Shown here: in pieces, positions 7,813 through 16,836 of the stretch
Numbering within the stretch: position 1 is the stretch's first letter
Layout of the letters: each line of letters starts with the position of its first letter
Source of the DNA: Chthoniobacterales bacterium
GTDB lineage: Bacteria; Verrucomicrobiota; Verrucomicrobiia; Chthoniobacterales; JACTMZ01
NCBI GenBank assembly: GCA_044355525.1
Contig: JBIKXZ010000001.1
Span: forward strand, 1-39,992
Reading direction: 5' to 3'
Length of the DNA: 39,992 bases
Position numbers and translations under genes: made by a program
Notes under the pieces: model-generated
The model's database searches: none
The model's input: only the letters and a program-made list of their open reading frames with translations
What the model was told of the DNA's origin: nothing

Positions 7813-8766
7813 TCACCGCAATCGCCTCCCCTGCGCACTGAACTTCGCCTCCGGATCATCATCAGGCAAGGGCGCCAGATCGATCGTCAACGGAAAATGG
7901 TCCGAGTAAACGCGCCGCCACGCCTCCCGGTCGCGCATGCCCTGCTCGTTGTGCACAGCCAGCGAGCGCGCTTCGATCTCGTCAAATCCGGCCAGCGGCA
8001 GGATGTGGTCGATCTGACGGTTGAAATGCACGATCGAACGCTGGTTGCCGCGCGGAGAAGGAAAACGCGCGAACCCGTCCGAGGTCCACAGCGACGCCTC
8101 TCCCGCCCGCGCATCGTGGTTGAAGTCGCCCATCACCACAATGTCGCCGTCTTCATCCGGTGACTCCCGCAAACTTTCCAACCAAGCGCGCACCGCCACG
8201 ATTTCTTCGCGCCGCCGCGCCATGTCATCCGGCTCGCGCCCGGCTTTGAGATGCAGGCAAACCACCCGGAAATCCGGACCACCGTTGCGACAGCGGAAGG
8301 TAGCCGTCACGGGAATGCGATGAAACAACTGCTCGCGGCGCAATGATTCCAACTCACCCGCGCCAAGCATCTCGACGCGCGAATGGTCCCAGATGATGCC
8401 CGGGGCAATGCGCCCGTCCTGCCCGAGGTAGCCGCTGCGCCCGACGGCGAATTTCCAATTAGGCCCCAGCCGCCGGCAAAGATCCTGCAGCGGCTTCGGA
8501 CCATCGACCTCGCAAACCCCGAGCACCTGCACGTCGAGACCGCGGACAAACTCGGCGATTGCTTGCAGATTTTCCTCCGTGCGTGGCGGGTCGTTGCGGT
8601 TGCCGAAAAACTCGAGGTTCCACCATCCGAGGCGCAACGGACGAAGACCGTCCGGGCCGGCAACCAAGGGCGCAACCGGCGACCGCCCGGGCGCACGCTC
8701 ATGCCAGAGCAGCACGCCGGCCACCACGCCGAAAATCAGGAGGACCACCAAAAGCGGCTTGTTCAT
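7813..8766 (-). CDS. Endonuclease/exonuclease/phosphatase (EEP) family protein with an N-terminal membrane anchor or signal
   Basis: Motifs: LGWWNLEFFG, FRVVCLHLKAG, VVMGDFNHD, IDHILP and YSDHFPLTIDL. The N-terminus is MNKPLLVVLLIFGVVAGVLLW. The ATG at 8766 is preferred over the track start at 8874. Confidence 0.8.
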   Translation of the reverse strand: MNKPLLVVLLIFGVVAGVLLWHERAPGRSPVAPLVAGPDGLRPLRLGWWNLEFFGNRNDPPRTEENLQAIAEFVRGLDVQVLGVCEVDGPKPLQDLCRRLGPNWKFAVGRSGYLGQDGRIAPGIIWDHSRVEMLGAGELESLRREQLFHRIPVTATFRCRNGGPDFRVVCLHLKAGREPDDMARRREEIVAVRAWLESLRESPDEDGDIVVMGDFNHDARAGEASLWTSDGFARFPSPRGNQRSIVHFNRQIDHILPLAGFDEIEARSLAVHNEQGMRDREAWRRVYSDHFPLTIDLAPLPDDDPEAKFSAQGRRLR

Positions 8767-8877
8767 GCAAAATACAAGTCCAAGGCACCCAAGCGTCCCA
8801 TCCCGCCGGGCGCGGCACAATGCGCGATTGGATGCGCTCCTGCCCCAACTCGCAACTCGCCACCCATTCGGCACGCC

Positions 8878-8925
8878 TTTCAGCTTTTCAGCTTTCCAGC
8901 ATTTCCGCTTTTCCCCATTTTCCCA
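8878..8925 (+). repeat. Six tandem degenerate octamers (TTTCMRCW) ending 2 nt before the ATPase ATG
   Basis: The units are tttcagct tttcagct ttccagca tttccgct tttcccca ttttccca, followed by cc and ATG (8928). The tract is pyrimidine-rich and occupies the position where a Shine-Dalgarno sequence would normally sit. Confidence 0.7.
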
Positions 8926-8927
8926 CC

Positions 8928-11279
8928 ATGTCTCCCGACCTCTACGAAAAGCTCGGACAGTTTTATCTCGGACGCGAAGTCACCCCCGACGGAAAACCGA
9001 CCGACGACCTGGTTCTCTACGATTCGAGCAACCTGACGACCCACGGAGTCTGCGTCGGCATGACCGGAAGCGGCAAGACCGGGCTCTGCATCGCGCTGCT
9101 CGAGGAAGCCGCCATGGACGGCATCCCCGCGCTGATGATCGACCCGAAGGGCGACCTCGGGAATCTGCTCCTTACCTTCCCGCAAATGCGTGGCGAAGAC
9201 TTCGCCCCGTGGGTCAGCGAAGAAGACGCACGCAAAGCCGGCGTGACCACGGAAGAGTTTGGCGCGAATGAAGCGGAAAAATGGAAGGACGGCCTCGCGC
9301 AATGGGGACAGACTCCGGAGCGCATCGCCGCGCTCCGCGAAAAATGCGAGATCGCCATCTACACGCCCGGTAGCAATGCCGGCATCCCGCTCTCCATCCT
9401 GCGTTCTTTCGAGGCACCGCCCGCCGACATCGCCGGTGATGCCGAACTCCTCGCCGAGCGCGTGCAGAGCACAACGTCCGGTCTGCTCGGACTTCTCGGC
9501 ATCGACGCCGACCCGCTGCAAAGCCGCGAGTTCAGCCTGCTCTCCGCCATCCTGCAGCAAGCGTGGAAAAACGGGCAATCCCCCGACCTTCCCGCGCTCA
9601 TCGCCGCGGTGCAGGACCCGCCTTTCGATAAAATCGGCGTCCTCTCGCTCGACGAATTCTTCCCCGCCCGCCAGCGCCGCACCCTTGTCATGGCGCTGAA
9701 CAACCTCCTCGCTTCGCCCGGTTTCGCCACGTGGCGCGAAGGCGAACCGCTCGACATCGCCCGCCTGCTGCACACGCCCGAGGGCAAGCCGCGCCTCGCT
9801 GTCTTGAGCATCGCCCACCTCTCCGATGCGGAGCGTATGTTTTTCGTCACCACCTTGCTCGAAGAAGTCATCGCCTGGATGCGCCGCCAACCCGGCACGC
9901 CGTCATTGCGCGCACTGCTCTACATGGACGAAATCTTCGGATACCTCCCGCCCATCGCCAACCCGCCGTCCAAAGGCCCGTTGCTCCTGCTCCTTAAACA
10001 AGCTCGCGCCTTCGGCCTCGGCATTCTCGTCGCCACGCAAAACCCGGCCGACCTCGATTACAAAGCGCTGGCCAACTGCGGCACGTGGTTCATTGGACGC
10101 CTCCAAACCGACCGCGATAAACAGCGCGTCCTCGAAGGCCTGGAGAGCGCCAGCGCCGGACGCGGTGCGGACCGCACCAAGCTCAACGAACTCCTCAATG
10201 CCCTGGGCAAGCGCGTGTTCCTCCTCAACAGCGTGCACCTCGGAGAACCGAAACTTTTTACCACGCGTTGGACCATGAGCTATCTGCGCGGACCTCTCAC
10301 CCGCGAGCAGATCCGCGTCTTGATGGATGCCGCCGAGCGTCCCGCCCCCGCGCCGGCGCCGCTCGCGCAGGCACCGGCCGAACCGGCGGCCGCTGCTTCA
10401 CCCGAACCGCCCGCCGCCGAACCCGGCGTCTGGCAACTTGTCGCCGACGGCACCGGTCAGGTTCTCCACCCCTCGCTCGGACTCCGCATCCGCGGCACCT
10501 TCGCCTCGCGCCGTCCTTCGGCCGAGGCGCCCGCCGAAGTGCTGGTCAGCGTTCCCTTCGGACCGGACGGCAAACCGTCATGGAAACACGCCAGCGTGGC
10601 CGGTGCCGCGCACCATTCGCATCCGCCTGTTGCGCACAGCGGGCCCGTCTTCGCGCCGGTCAATCCCGCAGCGCTGCAAGCCGCCCAGAATCAGACGTGG
10701 CAGATGGAAGCCCGCACCCAACTCGGCGAAAGCCTCGAGGTGCCCGTCCTGCGCGAAGGAAAAATCACCGGCGCCCCCTTCGAGACCGACGCCGAATTCC
10801 GCCTGCGCCTCGAACAAGCCGCCCGCGAGGAACGCGATGAAACGGTGCAGGTCATCCGACGCAAATACGAAACCAAGATGCGCACCGCCGCGGACAAAGT
10901 GAACCGCGCCCGCGAGGCCGTGGCGCGGCAGAAATCGCAGGCCCGCTCCGCGCAGGTGCAAACCGCGATCAGCGTCGGAACCTCTGTCCTCGGCGCCCTC
11001 TTCGGCAAGAAAGCCTCCGGACTCGGACACATCACCCGCGCCGGCACGGCCGCCCGCGGCGCCACGCGCGCGATGAAAGAATCCTCCGACGTCGGCACCG
11101 CCGAGGAAAAACTGGCCGACGCCGAAGCCGCAGCCTCCGAATTGGAAGCCGAAGTCGAAACCAAGATCGCCGAGATCCCCTCGCCCACCGCCGTGGTTTC
11201 GCATCCCGAAACCCTCCGCCTCAAACTCCTCCCCGCTACCCTGCGCATCGAGTCGGCCGGGATCCTCTGGACTGCCTAG
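8928..11279 (+). CDS. HerA/FtsK-superfamily P-loop ATPase (DUF853/YjgR-like architecture) with an Ala/Pro linker and a coiled-coil C-terminal region
   Basis: Motifs: THGVCVGMTGSGKTGLCIALLEE (Walker A), IDPKGDL, ALLYMDEIFGYLPP (Walker B-like) and VATQNPADLDYKAL. The C-terminus has a PAPAPAP linker and a charged helical tail. The ATG at 8928 (MSPDLYEKLGQFYLGRE) is preferred; the track ORF start at 8559 would overlap the divergent EEP gene. Confidence 0.7.
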   Translation: MSPDLYEKLGQFYLGREVTPDGKPTDDLVLYDSSNLTTHGVCVGMTGSGKTGLCIALLEEAAMDGIPALMIDPKGDLGNLLLTFPQMRGEDFAPWVSEEDARKAGVTTEEFGANEAEKWKDGLAQWGQTPERIAALREKCEIAIYTPGSNAGIPLSILRSFEAPPADIAGDAELLAERVQSTTSGLLGLLGIDADPLQSREFSLLSAILQQAWKNGQSPDLPALIAAVQDPPFDKIGVLSLDEFFPARQRRTLVMALNNLLASPGFATWREGEPLDIARLLHTPEGKPRLAVLSIAHLSDAERMFFVTTLLEEVIAWMRRQPGTPSLRALLYMDEIFGYLPPIANPPSKGPLLLLLKQARAFGLGILVATQNPADLDYKALANCGTWFIGRLQTDRDKQRVLEGLESASAGRGADRTKLNELLNALGKRVFLLNSVHLGEPKLFTTRWTMSYLRGPLTREQIRVLMDAAERPAPAPAPLAQAPAEPAAAASPEPPAAEPGVWQLVADGTGQVLHPSLGLRIRGTFASRRPSAEAPAEVLVSVPFGPDGKPSWKHASVAGAAHHSHPPVAHSGPVFAPVNPAALQAAQNQTWQMEARTQLGESLEVPVLREGKITGAPFETDAEFRLRLEQAAREERDETVQVIRRKYETKMRTAADKVNRAREAVARQKSQARSAQVQTAISVGTSVLGALFGKKASGLGHITRAGTAARGATRAMKESSDVGTAEEKLADAEAAASELEAEVETKIAEIPSPTAVVSHPETLRLKLLPATLRIESAGILWTA

Positions 11280-11328
11280 ACGTCCCGAAAAATTGCAGCG
11301 GTGGTTTGCGACCGTCGCGACAACAGCA

Positions 11329-14300
11329 TCACTGCTGCTGCACTTCCAAACGCAGGAACTTTCGCTGCTCTCCGGGCAACACCGGAGCGGTGGCACGTCG
11401 CATTTCGTAATCACCGTGATCACTGACAAACTCGTCGATCACGCCATTGGCCAACCAATTGGCGTCCGTTAGTGCGTTTTTCCACTTCACTCCACCGCTC
11501 ACACCCTGCGTGTTTTTGCTGCGGCGATACTCCAGGCTGACTTCGCCTGGCGTCACATCGCCCGGTGTCGTTACGTCCACGGGCATAGCAACCGCCGAAG
11601 ACCCATCCGCCGGGCTCAGACCCATGAAATATTCGACAACGTTGGCCAATCCATCGCCGTCCGGATCGGCCCCCGGTGAAGGATCCGTCAAGTTCGGATA
11701 GCTTCCGATCCAGCTTCCGAAATCCGGCGTAGGGGCCTGCACCGTGAGCACGAAGCTGACACTGGCCGTGCGGGCACCGTCGCTCACCGTGACGAATATA
11801 GTCGCTTGGCCGCTTTGTCCGGCCGCCGGCGTGATCGTCATGGTCCGATTGTTCCCCGAGCCGCCGAACACGATATTGGCATCGGGAACGAGTGAAGTAT
11901 TCCGGCTCGAGGCCGTGAGAATGAGCAACTCCGCAGCAGTATCATCATCGGAGACGGTCACCGAAATGGGGCCGGCAACAGTGTCCTGCGCAATACTAAG
12001 GTGGGTGATATCGCTTATCGTCGGCGTGGCCGCCGGCGGAAGCGCAACCTGCACGACCACATCATCGATAAAGGCGCGTTTCGCCGAAGTTGACAAGGTG
12101 ACAGTGGAGCCGTTGGAAGCCCCCGCAAAACTGACCGTTTTCGCCTCGAAAGATCCAGACATCGTGCTCGTGTAGGACACCTGCTGCGTGACGAGACCAG
12201 GCACGCTCACCAGAATATTTCCTTCGTTTGTCGACCAACCTTTGACTTTGAAGGAGACCGTGAAGTTCCCGTTGCCACCTCCCAGACCAAGTGGCCGGCT
12301 TGTCATGGAGCCGGTGGCCGAACCGGTTCCCAATCTGACGGCGCCGCCAGCCTGATAGACGCGCGAGAGATCGGTCGAAGGGAAATTCGTGTTGCCGCCC
12401 CAAGCCGAACTGGAACCGGATGTGTTCGTGCTGTTCCCGGCAGTGATGGAGGAAAACTCCTCGCGGAAAATCTCGCTACCACCGCCAGCCCCCACAGAGA
12501 TGGTCAGCTGCTCGGAATCACTGCCGAAGGAATTTGCCGCACTGATGTTGACATTGAACGTGCCAGCCGCGGCGGGCACACCGGAAATCAGCCCGGACGA
12601 TGCATTCACGGACAAGCCCGACGGCAGACCACTTGCCGCGAAGGCGCTCGGCGAGTTATTAGCGGTGATCTGGTAGCTGAACTGCTGGCCTACCACAGCA
12701 CTCGCAGTCAAAAGACTGGTGATAACCGGAGGCAGCGCCGGAATATCATAGTCCGCCTCGAAATCATCCATCAGCATGCGCTCCCCGGTGCTGCGGAACA
12801 GCTCGATGAAAACCTGCTGACCGGCGGCGGGAGCGATCTCGACCGCGCCGGACTCGTAACGCTTGTAGACTTTGTCGCCGTCGAACCAGTTGCCGTTGGT
12901 CGAAAGCAGTGTCGTGTAGGTGGCGCCGCTGTTGGTGCTGTAGCGGATCTGGAAGTTGGGGGAAGGACTGTTGTCCCACCGGGCCAGGCTCATGGCGAAA
13001 CGCGTGATCGTGTTGGCCGTGACATAGCGCACATAGGTGTTGGCCACCGTATCGCTGCCCAAACGCCAAGCGTTGCCCCCGAGCGCCTCGGTTGTCTCCC
13101 GCAGCGCACTGTTCGCAGTGAAGTAGTCGCCGGAGGGCGCGTCCGCGTTGTTGGTGAATGTGCGCACTCCATAACCCGTGGTTCCCCCGCCCCACGAGGC
13201 GCTGGCGTCAAAGTTCTCGTAGTAGGTGGCGAAGCTCGGGGGTTCGTTCACCGCGACGATGATGTCCTCGCTCGTTGTTCCTGCGACGTCGGCCGCGCGG
13301 AAGGTGACATTGTACGAACCAAGCGGCGAGGCGTTGGTCCAGCGGAAGAAACCCGAGCCGTTGGTCGAAGTGAACGTCGCCCCCGCCGGGAGATTGACCA
13401 CCGACAATGTGATCGGATCATCGCCCACCGGATCGGAGGCATTGACCGGAAATTCCAGCGTCGTGCCGACAATGACCGATTGATTGCCGATCGGCGAAAG
13501 CACGGGCGGTTGGTTACTTTGCACCGTGATCGGGACCGTGATGGTGTTGGTCCCGTCCTTGTCCGAAGCGGAGAAGCTCGGATTGTATGTTCCGACGGGC
13601 TGGGCGGCGCCCCAAGTGAAGTTGCCGGATCCGGCCGTGGAACTGAAATTGGCTCCCGGCGGCAAACCGGACGCCGTCAACGTGATCGGATCGCCGTCAA
13701 CCGGATCCGTGGCCGTGACGGCGAAGTCCAGCGCGCGGCCGACCACCACGGACTTCGGTGCGATGCCATTGAAAACGGGCGGTGTGTTTTCGGCACAGCA
13801 GACCGGTTCGCTCGTCACGATCTCCAGCGACCAACCGCCGGATATGGTCCCGACATCCTCGGCGGCCGCATCGGCCACGTAGAGCGACCACAGACCATTG
13901 GCTTGAGCACCCTTGAACTCCGACAATGAACCGACGTAAGGACCAGCCGGAGCGGGTGCCGGCATCGTTCCAACGGCCCCGCTCGGCAGGTAAGTTCCCG
14001 AGACAACCGTTCCGCCGATTGTGCCGCTGGCCGAGTCGTCAAAGACCAACGTGGCATTCACCGCATCGGTGCCGCCACCAGCCGAACCCATCAGAGCCAC
14101 TTTGCGTCCGTCCGGCGACACCAGCACGATGTCGATATCCTCCGGATAGGTGTGCGACAATCCGGCAACCGTGACCTTGACCGCGGACACCGGTCCGGTG
14201 ACACCGGAAACATTGATGCTCGAGGGATACGGCGTGGACGTGGTGTTGTCGCGGATGGTGATGGCCGTGGAATTCGACCGCGTCGAGGTGGAAGTATTGA

Positions 14301-16632
14301 ATGTGCCCAGATTGAATTCATGCGGGATCGTGGCGACGACTTCGCCGCCGTCGCGGATTTGCAACACCGCGGAAATCGTCACGCCGCATTCGCCCTCGGC
14401 CACCAGTTCGTAATTGCGCGTCTGCGAAACACCGGGAGCAAGCACGCCGTAGCTTTGCGGACCGGTTGTAATGGCCGTGACACCGTTTTGGTCGAGCAAA
14501 GTAGCCGTGACTTCGGAAGATCCCAATGTGCCGGTGTTGCGCAGGGTGAAAGCGACAGTGACAATTTCGCCCGGGTCCGGCACCCCGTTCCCCGCACCGC
14601 AGGTCTCCGCAGCCAGCGCGGCACCGGTCGAGACAATGCGGGGCGCATCGGTTTCGGCACCGCCAGTCAAAACAACGGAGAACGCCTGTGCAGCAGTAGT
14701 CAGACTGCCATCGAGCGAGACCGTGATGGTGTAGGAACCGACCTGGGTAGGACCGGCCAGATAAACCTGCTCCACATTGTCCACGTTGTTCTTACCGCGG
14801 GTGGCCGGCAGAGCCATGGAGGCGTCCGTCCACGTGCCGACAAAGGGCATGACAAAAGGCTGATAGACCGTAGTGCCATCGGGCGCGGTGATTTTCAGGT
14901 CAAGATTATGGCGGAGATTCGGTGTGCGGCTGTCCGCGGCGGTTTGCGCAACACCGGCCGGATCGGTCCAGCAAAGCGTGGCACGGATCGGGCTGACGCC
15001 ATCCCACTTGAACGTGTAGGTCTGCGGCGCGGCTGCGGTGGCAACGGAACCTTCGATCAGTTTAGGAGTCGCGGGGAATTGCTTGTGCGCGAGGATGACA
15101 TCGGCAGCCGCCTTGGTATTGATCAACCCCCAACCGAATTTGTAATCGGGCCCGGCTGTCCCGAGGTCGTCAGCGGTATGAATGAGCAGCGCTTTGAGCA
15201 AACTGGCACGCATCAACTGACCGGAAAACTCCCGGCGGTAAAGTTGAGCGAGCAGCGCCGCGGATCCGGAAGCCGAGGGCGTCGCCATGCTGGTTCCGCT
15301 GTAAATGTCATAAGCGGTATCGCCCGTGCTGATCGGCGAATTCAAGCTGACGCCGTTGGCCACCACGTCCGGCTTGATGCGCCCGTCGTCGCAGGGGCCC
15401 CAGCTGGAGAAACCGGACATCGTTCCCGCAGCGAGTGAACGCACGCCGCCGCTCACCGCATCATTGATCGCACCGACCGTTAGGATGTTTTTCGCCAGTC
15501 CGTTGAAGGTGATGGACTGATACCCGCCTTTGGCCGTGAGTGAATCCTGCGAATTACCCGCGGCCCAGAACGGCATGTAGTAAGGCAGGTTGAAAACCAA
15601 GGCATCGGTGTCGCGCGCTTGCACCTCATAGCGCCCCATGTCAGCGGTGGAGTCATTGTAACCGTAGGAGTGGTTGGAGATCGGTATCTTCGAGGCATCG
15701 GCGGTGGCCGTCGCCGCACCGGAAGAGGTCATTTCGCTGTAGTCGCTGTTCCAATCCCACGAATCGATCGCCACGGATGGTGCCATTCCCTTGGCATTGG
15801 CGGTCACACCGGTGGCGCCGATTGTTCCGGCCACATGGGTGGCGTGATCGTCAACCGCCGCGGTTGAATTGCGATTCACCACCCGCGTGGTGCTGAACTC
15901 GCGATGCGTGTTCCGCACCGAACCCGCATCCCACACGCCGACCTTTACCGTGCTACCGTTCAGGTTGTAAGGAGCCGGATAAACCAAATTGGCGGCGCTG
16001 GAAATGGCCGCGTTGGCGTTCAGTGTCGTGCGGTAAAGCGGCCCCTCCGATCGGATGTCGTGGAGGATGGAAACCTTGTGGCCCGGCCCCTCGATGCGCA
16101 CCGGGATGCCGAGTTCCTTGGCGCGAGCAAGCACCGCGCGGTAGCGGGTTTGCTCCGCGGCAGCCATTTCCGCAGCCACTTGCACGCGTTGCCCGGGAAC
16201 GGCGAGGTCTTTGCCGGCCAGAATTTCCGGAATGGACCTATAAACAGGCGAGCCCTTCGGTCCGCGCCCGGCCGCACGAGAGCGGGCCGGAGGCGAAGAT
16301 GTCGCAGACAAACCTTGCCCATTTCCACTCGGCAAACTCACCGCGGTGTCATGCGCATTTGGCGACTGCGCATGGACTGCCGGCTGCGCCCCGGTCGAGT
16401 TGGCTGTTGAAGCCGCTCCGTCCAAGGATGCAGGAGCGGCAGCGCTCGACGTTGAAGAACTCTGCGGGTTCGCGGGAGCATCTGTGGCCGAGGTCGCGCC
16501 CGGAGAGGAAGCAGGGCTTTGCCTTCCTCCACCTGCCGGGGATGAGGCGGAAGTTCCGAGGAGCACAAAGACCGCGAAGCCAAGGATCAACAAGCAAGCC
16601 AAAGCGAGAAAAGGAGCTTGTTTGCCTTTCAT
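11329..16632 (-). CDS. Giant secreted subtilisin-like (S8) serine protease with a P-domain, repeated Ig-like and carbohydrate-binding-like modules and a shared C-terminal module
   Basis: The signal peptide is MKGKQAPFLALACLLILGFAVFVLLG (ATG at 16632). The catalytic triad motifs are VGVWDAGSV (Asp), DDHATHVAGTIG (His) and SGTSMATPSASGSAALL (Ser). The P-domain reads HTYPEDIDIVLVSPDGRKV...NGLWSLYVADAAAEDVGTISGGWSLEI. There are several He_PIG/cadherin-like repeats. The C-terminus reads ADPDGDGLANVVEYFMGLSP...FLRLEVQQQ. Confidence 0.85.
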   Translation of the reverse strand: MKGKQAPFLALACLLILGFAVFVLLGTSASSPAGGGRQSPASSPGATSATDAPANPQSSSTSSAAAPASLDGAASTANSTGAQPAVHAQSPNAHDTAVSLPSGNGQGLSATSSPPARSRAAGRGPKGSPVYRSIPEILAGKDLAVPGQRVQVAAEMAAAEQTRYRAVLARAKELGIPVRIEGPGHKVSILHDIRSEGPLYRTTLNANAAISSAANLVYPAPYNLNGSTVKVGVWDAGSVRNTHREFSTTRVVNRNSTAAVDDHATHVAGTIGATGVTANAKGMAPSVAIDSWDWNSDYSEMTSSGAATATADASKIPISNHSYGYNDSTADMGRYEVQARDTDALVFNLPYYMPFWAAGNSQDSLTAKGGYQSITFNGLAKNILTVGAINDAVSGGVRSLAAGTMSGFSSWGPCDDGRIKPDVVANGVSLNSPISTGDTAYDIYSGTSMATPSASGSAALLAQLYRREFSGQLMRASLLKALLIHTADDLGTAGPDYKFGWGLINTKAAADVILAHKQFPATPKLIEGSVATAAAPQTYTFKWDGVSPIRATLCWTDPAGVAQTAADSRTPNLRHNLDLKITAPDGTTVYQPFVMPFVGTWTDASMALPATRGKNNVDNVEQVYLAGPTQVGSYTITVSLDGSLTTAAQAFSVVLTGGAETDAPRIVSTGAALAAETCGAGNGVPDPGEIVTVAFTLRNTGTLGSSEVTATLLDQNGVTAITTGPQSYGVLAPGVSQTRNYELVAEGECGVTISAVLQIRDGGEVVATIPHEFNLGTFNTSTSTRSNSTAITIRDNTTSTPYPSSINVSGVTGPVSAVKVTVAGLSHTYPEDIDIVLVSPDGRKVALMGSAGGGTDAVNATLVFDDSASGTIGGTVVSGTYLPSGAVGTMPAPAPAGPYVGSLSEFKGAQANGLWSLYVADAAAEDVGTISGGWSLEIVTSEPVCCAENTPPVFNGIAPKSVVVGRALDFAVTATDPVDGDPITLTASGLPPGANFSSTAGSGNFTWGAAQPVGTYNPSFSASDKDGTNTITVPITVQSNQPPVLSPIGNQSVIVGTTLEFPVNASDPVGDDPITLSVVNLPAGATFTSTNGSGFFRWTNASPLGSYNVTFRAADVAGTTSEDIIVAVNEPPSFATYYENFDASASWGGGTTGYGVRTFTNNADAPSGDYFTANSALRETTEALGGNAWRLGSDTVANTYVRYVTANTITRFAMSLARWDNSPSPNFQIRYSTNSGATYTTLLSTNGNWFDGDKVYKRYESGAVEIAPAAGQQVFIELFRSTGERMLMDDFEADYDIPALPPVITSLLTASAVVGQQFSYQITANNSPSAFAASGLPSGLSVNASSGLISGVPAAAGTFNVNISAANSFGSDSEQLTISVGAGGGSEIFREEFSSITAGNSTNTSGSSSAWGGNTNFPSTDLSRVYQAGGAVRLGTGSATGSMTSRPLGLGGGNGNFTVSFKVKGWSTNEGNILVSVPGLVTQQVSYTSTMSGSFEAKTVSFAGASNGSTVTLSTSAKRAFIDDVVVQVALPPAATPTISDITHLSIAQDTVAGPISVTVSDDDTAAELLILTASSRNTSLVPDANIVFGGSGNNRTMTITPAAGQSGQATIFVTVSDGARTASVSFVLTVQAPTPDFGSWIGSYPNLTDPSPGADPDGDGLANVVEYFMGLSPADGSSAVAMPVDVTTPGDVTPGEVSLEYRRSKNTQGVSGGVKWKNALTDANWLANGVIDEFVSDHGDYEMRRATAPVLPGEQRKFLRLEVQQQ
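11516..11678 (-). repeat. Copy A of a 163-nt near-identical tract shared by the two protease genes
   Basis: Hand alignment with 17024..17186 gives 156/163 identical positions, including a 68-nt perfect run. The flanking C-terminal coding sequence is clearly more diverged. Confidence 0.85.
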
Positions 16633-16675
16633 AGCTGCGCTGGAGCAAAAGGGAAAGTTGCTCCGAACAATACAA

Positions 16676-16743
16676 AACATAGCCCGAGCAAGGCGTTCGA
16701 CAACCAGGAAGTAGTAGTCGGATGTGACAAGGCTGTCACAGGA
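16676..16743 (-). promoter_or_regulatory. Candidate promoter and upstream operator of protease 1
   Basis: On the - strand: TCCTGTGACAGCCTTGTCACA (16743-16723), then 19 nt, TTGTCG (-35-like, 16703-16698), 16 nt, and TATGTT (-10-like, 16681-16676). The leader also holds a 7-bp stem ggagcaa/ttgctcc (16642-16664). The same layout occurs upstream of protease 2. Confidence 0.45.
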
Positions 16744-16836
16744 CAAAAAACACGCGCAATTCTCTCTCCGAACCCACCGAGTCCATGAAGTCGGCGAAGC
16801 CGCCTGTGCGCGAGGGATGCGCCGGCAGGACCGCGG

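Noticed and set aside
6126-11279. Possible Sir2-HerA type anti-phage defence system (a Sir2 gene and a HerA-like ATPase within 5 kb)
   Set aside because: The Sir2 protein looks like a housekeeping CobB-type deacylase with canonical motifs. It is on the opposite strand, is separated from the ATPase by two unrelated genes, and is coupled instead to the LssY-like gene. The ATPase resembles YjgR/DUF853 rather than the defence HerA architecture. I therefore did not call it a defence system.
11280-11328. Search for a terminator between the convergent ATPase and protease 1 genes
   Set aside because: Only a short direct repeat (gcgac-cgtc-gcgac) and the 8-nt palindrome gtcgcgac are present. No credible stem-loop with a U-tract exists.
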